Shown one piece after another: positions 17,335 to 23,475 of a DNA stretch of 27,548 nucleotides (the first letter of the stretch is position 1; the number at the start of each line of letters is the position of its first letter). A model generated the notes under the pieces. It saw only the letters and a list, made by a program, of their open reading frames with translations, ran no database searches and had not been told where the DNA came from. Source of the stretch: a bacterium. Lineage in GTDB: Bacteria > Patescibacteriota > Microgenomatia > Daviesbacterales > UBA10151. The translations under genes were made by a program, and so were the position numbers. The stretch spans positions 1-27,548 of the forward strand of contig JAJYNW010000019.1 in assembly GCA_021786105.1 (NCBI GenBank), written 5' to 3'.

Positions 17335-18912
17335 ATGAAGTGGAAAATAGCTCCCAAAAAATCCAATGATTTAGTTGAACAGTTGCTGATTAACCGTGAG
17401 ATAAAAACTCCGAAAAAAAAAGAACAATTTTTTCATCCTAAAATTTCTGATTTTGAAAAAGATTTGGAAATCCCAGGAATAAGAAAGGCAACTGACAGGA
17501 TTTTGTTGGCGATTAAAAAAGAAGAGCTAATAATTGTTTACGGGGATTATGATGTTGACGGAATTTGCGCTTCGGCAATTTTATATAAAGGATTAACTTC
17601 GCTTGGGGCAAAAGTTTTACCTTATATTCCCCATCGGGAAAAAGAGGGTTATGGATTATCAAGGTTGGGTTTAGAGTCGGCTAAGGATTCCGGCGCAACA
17701 GCGGTGGTTACGGTTGACAATGGGATTGTAGCGGTAGAACAAGCAAAATATGCCAAAGAATTAGGTTTGGATTTAATTATTACTGATCACCATGTTCTGG
17801 GTGAGCAAAAACCGGAAGCGTACGCCATAGTTCATTCGGTTAAGATGTGCGGAGCAGCAGTGGCCTGGTGTTTAATTAAGGATCTAATTAAAAAAGAATT
17901 AGCCCAAGAACTTTTGCAATTTGTAGCAATTGCGACTGTGTGTGATCTTTTGCCGCTTTTGGATTTAAATAGGGCATTTGTTTTTGAGGGGTTGAGAATT
18001 CTAAACAAAACCGGAAATCCGGGTTTGCTGGCATTGATTAATGAATCGGGTATTAGTGCGGGAAATCTTAGGTCTTTTGAAATTGGGTTTTTGATTGGCC
18101 CGCGGTTAAATGCTATGGGCAGATTAGAACACGCCATAGATTCTTTGAGATTGCTTTGTACTAAGGATATTATTAAAGCAAAAAGATTAGCAAAACTCTT
18201 GTGTGATACTAACGCCAGCCGTCAGCAAATGACCATAGCTGCATTGGAACAGGCTAGATTGTTAATTAATCAGGAAAAAAAGATCCATGTTTTAGCCAGC
18301 AAAGAGTGGTCACCGGGAATTATTGGATTGGTAGCCGGGCGGGTCTGCGAAGAAACTTTTCGTCCAGCCATTGCCATCTCAATTGGAGAGGAAATTTCCA
18401 AAGGTTCGGCGCGATCAATAGACGGAATCAATATTGTGGAATTAATTCGGGAGCATGCGGATATTTTAGTTGATGTAGGCGGGCATCCGGGGGCGGCCGG
18501 ATTTTCTATTGCCAGCGAGAATGTCGAAATTTTTAAAAAAAGATTGGAAAGCCATCCATTAGTCTTGCCGGAAAAGGAAAAAATTTTGGAAATTGAGGCC
18601 GAGGTGGAAAGTGAAAAACTGACTAAGAGTTTAGTGACAGACTTACAAAAATTTGAGCCATTCGGCATGGATAATAGAAAACCAATTTTTGCTACCAAGA
18701 ATATGACAATTTCCGATATGAGGACAGTGGGGAATGGCAAACACTTAAAGTTTAAAGCAGATGATGTTGATGCCATTGCCTTTGGTATGGGCGAACAAGT
18801 CAGCCAATTAAAATCTGGCCAAATCATCGATTTGGCCTACAACTTAGAACTCGATACCTATAACGGCAACAATAAACTGCAATTAAAGGTTAAAGATATC
18901 AAGTTGTCTTAG
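17335..18912 (+). CDS. recJ: Single-stranded-DNA-specific exonuclease RecJ
   Basis: YGDYDVDG, EGYG, TVDNG, TDHH, PRLNAMGR, GSARS, GGHPGAAG and EPFG motifs; start ATG 17335 preferred. Confidence 0.96.
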   Translation: MKWKIAPKKSNDLVEQLLINREIKTPKKKEQFFHPKISDFEKDLEIPGIRKATDRILLAIKKEELIIVYGDYDVDGICASAILYKGLTSLGAKVLPYIPHREKEGYGLSRLGLESAKDSGATAVVTVDNGIVAVEQAKYAKELGLDLIITDHHVLGEQKPEAYAIVHSVKMCGAAVAWCLIKDLIKKELAQELLQFVAIATVCDLLPLLDLNRAFVFEGLRILNKTGNPGLLALINESGISAGNLRSFEIGFLIGPRLNAMGRLEHAIDSLRLLCTKDIIKAKRLAKLLCDTNASRQQMTIAALEQARLLINQEKKIHVLASKEWSPGIIGLVAGRVCEETFRPAIAISIGEEISKGSARSIDGINIVELIREHADILVDVGGHPGAAGFSIASENVEIFKKRLESHPLVLPEKEKILEIEAEVESEKLTKSLVTDLQKFEPFGMDNRKPIFATKNMTISDMRTVGNGKHLKFKADDVDAIAFGMGEQVSQLKSGQIIDLAYNLELDTYNGNNKLQLKVKDIKLS

Positions 18913-19165
18913 GACTTTCTTGGGGCCAACCATCTTCAGCTACAATTCCACGATAATTTTTGGGGGCGCATGGATGAAGATCTACTAGCTCACCGTTTGC
19001 TCTTTTGCCTACCGCTAAAGAATCCATTAAAAATTTAGGATTCATATTTGTAATACCATGTTTTCTCATATCTTTAAGACTTCTGATTTCAACATCTCCT
19101 TTTCCGTATGATGGTCTTATGGTAAATCCATTTCGAATCTCCGCGCCTTCTATTGTATTTGTCAT
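18899..19165 (-). CDS. Small hypothetical protein (88 aa), island left arm gene 3
   Basis: Strong SD AAGGAGGTG; aligns without gaps to the 19189-19425 product. Confidence 0.8.
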   Translation of the reverse strand: MTNTIEGAEIRNGFTIRPSYGKGDVEIRSLKDMRKHGITNMNPKFLMDSLAVGKRANGELVDLHPCAPKNYRGIVAEDGWPQESPKTT

Positions 19166-19188
19166 TCAATAAACACCTCCTTCCATAG

Positions 19189-19425
19189 TTAAATTGAGTT
19201 TTTTTCTTCTTCAATAAATCCCTGTCCAAACCATTCTCCTGTTAACTTGTTGAATCCGATAATAGGTAAGGTTTTACCTTTTGCGTTACGGTATTGCCCG
19301 TTTTCGTTATAGGCACCTTCTAATGTAACGGGAACGCTAACAGGGATTCGTTTTTTACACTTTCCCCATTCAGGAACTATATTTTCATCAATAAATAACT
19401 CAGGTTTTGTTTCAGGTTTGGCCAT
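19189..19425 (-). CDS. Small hypothetical protein (78 aa), island left arm gene 2
   Basis: SD AAGGGGAG precedes ATG 19425, directly after the stop of the upstream gene; preferred to 19449. Confidence 0.78.
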   Translation of the reverse strand: MAKPETKPELFIDENIVPEWGKCKKRIPVSVPVTLEGAYNENGQYRNAKGKTLPIIGFNKLTGEWFGQGFIEEEKNSI

Positions 19426-19426
19426 C

Positions 19427-19789
19427 TTATCTCCCCTTATATCTTTCAATCACTATATTTGCAGCGCGTTGATCAATTTGAAGTGTTTTGAGTTGATGTG
19501 TAATTTCTTTACATTGGGTATCTGAAGCGCCTCTTATTTCTTCGTTTAATCTCCGAATGTCCTTAGTTCTTCTTCTTCGTTCTGCTAGGATTCCTTGAAG
19601 TTCTCTATAACCTAAACGGCAGACATCTGGAAATTTTCGGACTACAAGTTCTTGCGCCAAATGTTCGATTGTTTTTGGTCTACGTGGAACAGAAAAATAT
19701 TCTGTTTGAGTTGACGATCCATTTCCGTATATAGCTTGTTCGGCTGTAGGGTCAAACCAATAGACTCTTTCTCTGTAATTTCTGCTCAT
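19427..19789 (-). CDS. Hypothetical protein (120 aa) with basic coiled-coil C-terminus, island left arm gene 1
   Basis: ATG follows GGGAGG-T7, so its SD is the right arm of the attenuator terminator. Confidence 0.75.
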   Translation of the reverse strand: MSRNYRERVYWFDPTAEQAIYGNGSSTQTEYFSVPRRPKTIEHLAQELVVRKFPDVCRLGYRELQGILAERRRRTKDIRRLNEEIRGASDTQCKEITHQLKTLQIDQRAANIVIERYKGR

Positions 19790-19815
19790 AAAAAAACCTC
19801 CCGTTTTGGGAGGCT
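19790..19815 (-). terminator. Intrinsic terminator of the branched-chain attenuator
   Basis: AGCCTCCC-AAAAC-GGGAGG followed by T7, immediately before ATG 19789. Confidence 0.85.
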
Positions 19816-19842
19816 GAAATTCCTTTCTTTTTTAGATAAAAT

Positions 19843-19935
19843 TTATCTAAAAAGACCTCCCAGGCAAGCTCCTCTTAGGAGCACGGTAAGGAGGGTAACT
19901 AAAACTAATAAACTTTCAATCAAAATTAAATTCAT
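19843..19935 (-). CDS. Putative Leu/Ile/Val-rich attenuator leader peptide (30 aa)
   Basis: MNLILIESLLVLVTLLTVLLRGACLGGLFR*; 14 of residues 3-20 are L/I/V and 2 are T; GGGAAAG upstream; lies between promoter and terminator. Confidence 0.78.
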   Translation of the reverse strand: MNLILIESLLVLVTLLTVLLRGACLGGLFR

Positions 19936-19952
19936 ATTTAACTTTCCCTAAT

Positions 19953-19998
19953 ATTTTAATTGGTTATTGACGTCCTTGTCAAGCTTTGATACTATAAT
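19953..19998. promoter_or_regulatory. Overlapping divergent sigma70 promoters
   Basis: Plus strand: TTGACG (19967-72), N17, TACTAT (19990-95), with overlapping TATAAT at 19993-98. Minus strand: TTGACA (19982-77), N18, TAAAAT (19958-53). Confidence 0.75.
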
Positions 19999-20004
19999 TT
20001 CTCA

Positions 20005-20088
20005 ATGAAAAGTCATCAACCAACTTTTTCTTTTTACTTTACATATTTTTGGTTTACTTCCCGAAAGGGGGGTTGGTTGATGTCTTAA
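20005..20088 (+). CDS. Putative Phe/Tyr/Trp-rich attenuator leader peptide (27 aa)
   Basis: MKSHQPTFSFYFTYFWFTSRKGGWLMS*; 8 of residues 8-17 are aromatic; ATG lies 6 nt after TATAAT, so it is probably leaderless. Confidence 0.8.
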   Translation: MKSHQPTFSFYFTYFWFTSRKGGWLMS

Positions 20089-20120
20089 AGACAAAAAAGT
20101 CTTGAAGATAGAAACTTTAA

Positions 20121-20146
20121 ACCTCCCGAAAGGGGGGTATTTTTTT
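20121..20146 (+). terminator. Intrinsic terminator of the aromatic attenuator
   Basis: ACCTCCC-GAAA-GGGGGGT then A and T7, 9 nt before ATG 20156. Confidence 0.85.
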
Positions 20147-20155
20147 GGAAAAATT

Positions 20156-20395
20156 ATGGCAGTAGAAACACTTGATAGACAGCAAGCGCAAATAGTTATA
20201 AAAGAACCAGTGAAGACTTTCGCTAAAGGCATGCAATATCTTGATGCAATTGCGGAATCGATTCGGCAAGGTAAAGAACCAGTAGTTATTGATGATACCC
20301 ATTATAGATCGGAGAATCCTTCTGCATCCCCACAAGTTATGACTAGAAGAGAACGAAGATTTTGGAGGAATTATTGCAAAGGGAGAATTCGATGA
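20156..20395 (+). CDS. Small hypothetical protein (79 aa) with Arg-rich C-terminus, island right arm gene 1
   Basis: MAVETLDRQQ...TRRERRFWRNYCKGRIR; ATG 20156 lies downstream of the terminator and is preferred to TTG 20102. Confidence 0.7.
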   Translation: MAVETLDRQQAQIVIKEPVKTFAKGMQYLDAIAESIRQGKEPVVIDDTHYRSENPSASPQVMTRRERRFWRNYCKGRIR

Positions 20396-20425
20396 AATTT
20401 TTATTGAAAGGAGGTGTTGTTTTAA

Positions 20426-20683
20426 ATGGTAGTAGAAGCAATCGATAGAGCTGGCGCGCTTGAGCAGCTATTAGGTAAAGGCGATCGTTGTGTTGACGTG
20501 TTGAAAAATGCTGATCAAAGATGTCAAGAAACATCAGTCGATCCCTGTGGAATTTGTAGAGTCCAGGATATGATTTCTCTTACACGGAATATAGAAACTG
20601 CTAAGAATATAGCAGAAATTTGTTGTCCAGCAGGGAAAATGGCTGCAAATTTAGAGCGTAAGTTAGCAGCAATGCCTAAGTAG
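20426..20683 (+). CDS. Small Cys-rich protein (85 aa), island right arm gene 2
   Basis: SD AAAGGAGGTG; RC-x7-CGIC...EICC. Confidence 0.82.
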   Translation: MVVEAIDRAGALEQLLGKGDRCVDVLKNADQRCQETSVDPCGICRVQDMISLTRNIETAKNIAEICCPAGKMAANLERKLAAMPK

Positions 20684-20734
20684 TTCTTAGGATATTTATT
20701 AAAGAAAAAGGAAGGAGGTGTTGGAAAAAATAAA

Positions 20735-20968
20735 ATGGTAGAAAAAATCGATCCAAGCGATCCGGAGGCAAGGCGGATTAGCTGGCAAGATAGATTACCG
20801 GAGGAGGTAGTTGTTGAGCCGGAAATAGATCACTCATCAGTTAATGTTATTAATCAAAGAATAAAGAGCAGATGTTGGGAGGAGTTGACTGGTAGTTGTG
20901 GTTTATGTATAGATCCTAGTGCAGGAGAGGTTTCCCAGAAATTAGTCGAAGCTTGTCGGATCCTTTGA
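20735..20968 (+). CDS. Small Cys-rich protein (77 aa), island right arm gene 3; possibly frameshift-truncated
   Basis: SD AAGGAGGTG; RC-x7-CGLC...EAC. Confidence 0.78.
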   Translation: MVEKIDPSDPEARRISWQDRLPEEVVVEPEIDHSSVNVINQRIKSRCWEELTGSCGLCIDPSAGEVSQKLVEACRIL

Positions 20969-21041
20969 AGCTTTTGATGGAACGCGGACTAACTGTAGCT
21001 GAACGGCCTGACATCCAGTAGTCAAAAGCTTGATAAAAGTA

Positions 21042-21070
21042 TTGCCAAGGGTAGGTTAAGCTGATATTAT
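21042..21070 (+). promoter_or_regulatory. Putative aspS promoter
   Basis: TTGCCA, N17, TATTAT with a TGn extension. Confidence 0.55.
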
Positions 21071-21097
21071 CAATCCATTGTGAAAGATCGCACTTTA

Positions 21098-21121
21098 ACG
21101 TTTTTGCAAAGCAAAAAGGCA
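21098..21121. repeat. Solo copy of the REP-like repeat
   Basis: ACGTTTTTGCAAAGCAAAAAGGCA matches the reverse complement of 10011-10034 at 23 of 24 positions. Confidence 0.8.
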
Positions 21122-21165
21122 AGGTTCCGAATGAAATTTCCTAAAATCAGCAAGGAGGAAATTTC

Positions 21166-22482
21166 ATGAGGGTTCTTATTTTGGATTGTAACGAAAAAAT
21201 TGGTAAAGAAGTTAAAATTTGCGGATGGGTACATGTCCGTCGTGATCACGGAAAAATTATTTTTTTGGATATTACTGACAGGTCTGGCATTATTCAAGTA
21301 GTGGCAGAGGGTAGTAAAGTTCCTGATCTCCGTCCTCAAGATATGGTTTGTGTTACCGGTTCGGTAAAAAAAAGACCCGAGCATTTGTTTAATAAAAATA
21401 TCCCCACTGGTGAAATAGAAATCTCTGCGGAAAATATTGAAGTTTTATCAAAAGCCGCAGAGCTCCCTTTTGATATGGGCGGGAAAGAGTTGGATTTACA
21501 ACTTCCGACTTTACTGGACTATCGCTCGCTGACGTTGCGTCATCCCAAAGTCAAAGCTATTTTTAAAATTCAGGCCTGTTTGCTGGATGGGTTTCGGAAA
21601 GTAGCTAAAGATTTAGGGTGTACAGAGATTGTGGTGCCGACAATTGTGGCCGGGGCAACCGAAGGCGGAGCTGAGGTTTTTAAGGTAGATTATTTTGGCC
21701 ATAAAGCTTATATGTCCCAAAGTCCTCAACTTTATAAACAAATGCTGGTACCGGTTTTTGAAAGGGTGTTTACAGTGGCCAAAGCTTACCGGGCCGAGCC
21801 ATCGGTGACAACCAGGCATTTAACAGAAAGCACACAGATGGATATTGAGTTTGGTTTCATGGAATTTGAAGATTTATTGGATGTTTTGGAGGAGGTGGCG
21901 GTGAAAATGCTCAAAATTGCTGAGGAAGAATGTAAAGATGTGTTATCTGAATTTGGTATTGAAAAGGTAGCTTTCGGTAAAATTCCCCGCCTGACTTTAC
22001 GGGAATCTCAGGAAATAATTTTAAAAGAATTTGGTCGAGATAACAGAAAAGAAAAAGATTTAACTCCGCAGGATGAGGTGGATCTTTGTAAGTGGTCTAA
22101 AGAAAAATATGATAGTGATTTTGTTACGATTACTCATTTTCCTACTGTTGCTAAACCTTTTTATACTATGCCGGATCCGAAAAATCCGGAATATTCTTTA
22201 AGCTATGATTTGCTGTTTAGGGGGGTTGAGGTGATGAGCGGTTCGCAAAGAATTAATGATTATCAGCAGTTGATTGACAGTATTAAGAGCCGGGGGATGG
22301 ATCCTGATAATTTCCAGATGTATCTACAGGCTTTTAAATATGGTATGCCGCCGGAAGGAGGGTTTTCGTTTGGCTTGGAAAGAATCACTATGCATGTGTT
22401 AAACCTTGCCAATGTTAGGGAAGCGAGTTTGTTCCCAAGGGATATGGAGAGAGTGGATGTAAGATTAAGTAAATTGACCTAA
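21166..22482 (+). CDS. aspS: Archaeal-type (short, probably non-discriminating) aspartate--tRNA(Asp/Asn) ligase
   Basis: 438 aa, no GAD insert; OB-fold GWVHVRRDHG, TEGGAEVF, QSPQLYKQ, YRAE...RH and YGMPPEGGFSFGLER...LFPRD; SD AAGGAGG. Confidence 0.93.
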   Translation: MRVLILDCNEKIGKEVKICGWVHVRRDHGKIIFLDITDRSGIIQVVAEGSKVPDLRPQDMVCVTGSVKKRPEHLFNKNIPTGEIEISAENIEVLSKAAELPFDMGGKELDLQLPTLLDYRSLTLRHPKVKAIFKIQACLLDGFRKVAKDLGCTEIVVPTIVAGATEGGAEVFKVDYFGHKAYMSQSPQLYKQMLVPVFERVFTVAKAYRAEPSVTTRHLTESTQMDIEFGFMEFEDLLDVLEEVAVKMLKIAEEECKDVLSEFGIEKVAFGKIPRLTLRESQEIILKEFGRDNRKEKDLTPQDEVDLCKWSKEKYDSDFVTITHFPTVAKPFYTMPDPKNPEYSLSYDLLFRGVEVMSGSQRINDYQQLIDSIKSRGMDPDNFQMYLQAFKYGMPPEGGFSFGLERITMHVLNLANVREASLFPRDMERVDVRLSKLT

Positions 22483-22487
22483 TTGAT

Positions 22488-22552
22488 CTAATTTCTAATT
22501 ATTTAAAAAAGCAAAAAGCTTTACTTATTAGAAATTAGTAATTAGAAATTAG
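22488..22552. repeat. AT-rich heptamer (ATTAGAA) repeats in inverted arrangement
   Basis: CTAATTTCTAATTA (22488-22501) is the perfect reverse complement of TAATTAGAAATTAG (22539-22552); extra ATTAGAA units lie nearby. Confidence 0.7.
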
Positions 22553-22560
22553 AAATTTTC

Positions 22561-23475
22561 ATGAGATATTATCTTTATTCTGCCGGATTAATTTTGCTTG
22601 CAATTATTATTACAATTCTCACACCGTTTTTAGTTGATTTGTCCGAAGATGTATTGATTAGTTGGCAAATTCCGCAAAATAATTCCCAAGTTGCTGGTAT
22701 CCAAAAATATAATATCCCCCCGGTAGGTAAGAATTTACCATTACCAAATTTTTCTGCTCGAGCGGTTTTAATCAAGGATTTATCAACTGATACTGTGCTT
22801 CTCCAAAAGGATGCTAATATTTCTTTGGCAATTGCTTCTACCACCAAAATTATGACAGCTTTAGTGGCTAGCGAATATTTTAAACAAAATGAGGTTTTGA
22901 CGGTCGGGGATAGTGCCAATACTCCTGGCTCAAGAGTAGGTTTAATCCGGGGAGAAGATTTAACTTTTAGATCAGTGCTTTATGGAATGCTTTTGAATTC
23001 CGGTAATGATGCGGCGTTTACCTTAGGAGAAAACTATCCTGGAGGTGTGTTAGGTTTTGTGTCGGCTATGAATAAAAAGGCAATAGGTTTGGGATTAAGG
23101 AGTACTCATTTTGACAACCCGGCTGGCTTTGACAGTCCCAGCCATTTTTCTTCAGCTTCTGATTTGGCTAAGATTACTGAGGAAGCTTTGAAAAATCCTA
23201 CATTAGCCAGGATTTTTGCGACAAAAGAAACGAATATAGTTTCTTTAAATAAAAAATACACTCATCAGTTGCTGAATTTAAATAAATTACTTTCCAGTGT
23301 CCAAGGAGTTTTGGGGGTAAAAACCGGTACGACCGAAGAAGCAAAAGAAAGTTTAGTGACTTTAGTGGAAAGAAGCGGACATAGAGTTTTGTTAATTGTA
23401 TTGGGAAGCAATGATAGATTCGGGGAGACAACTAGGTTGATTGATTGGACTTATCAAAATTTTCAGTGGCCTTGA
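22561..23475 (+). CDS. D-alanyl-D-alanine carboxypeptidase (peptidase S11)
   Basis: ASTTKIMTA (SxxK), SGNDAA (SxN) and KTG motifs; N-terminal TM or signal peptide. Confidence 0.93.
   Translation: MRYYLYSAGLILLAIIITILTPFLVDLSEDVLISWQIPQNNSQVAGIQKYNIPPVGKNLPLPNFSARAVLIKDLSTDTVLLQKDANISLAIASTTKIMTALVASEYFKQNEVLTVGDSANTPGSRVGLIRGEDLTFRSVLYGMLLNSGNDAAFTLGENYPGGVLGFVSAMNKKAIGLGLRSTHFDNPAGFDSPSHFSSASDLAKITEEALKNPTLARIFATKETNIVSLNKKYTHQLLNLNKLLSSVQGVLGVKTGTTEEAKESLVTLVERSGHRVLLIVLGSNDRFGETTRLIDWTYQNFQWP

Noticed and set aside
12381-18827. Numerous 60-185 aa antisense ORFs over secD, secF, cca and recJ (likewise over comM, miaA, aspS, the carboxypeptidase and gltX)
   Set aside because: Shadow ORFs of well-supported genes, with no motifs.
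19736-19951. 71-aa plus-strand ORF, and minus-strand ORFs 20002-20232, 20117-20335 and 20343-20534
   Set aside because: Antisense to the leaders and SD-supported genes, with no initiation signals.
20102-20155. TTG-started extension of the first right-arm gene
   Set aside because: It runs through the terminator hairpin; ATG 20156 fits better, although use of the TTG after antitermination cannot be excluded.
18899-21031. Prophage or integrative element
   Set aside because: No integrase, structural gene, recognisable HTH repressor or flanking direct repeats seen; a remote phage origin is not excluded.
21071-21165. T-box riboswitch upstream of aspS
   Set aside because: The leader is too short and has no GGTGG.ACC T-box motif or stem I.
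22483-22560. CRISPR-like repeats
   Set aside because: Units are 7 nt with no spacers and there are no cas genes.
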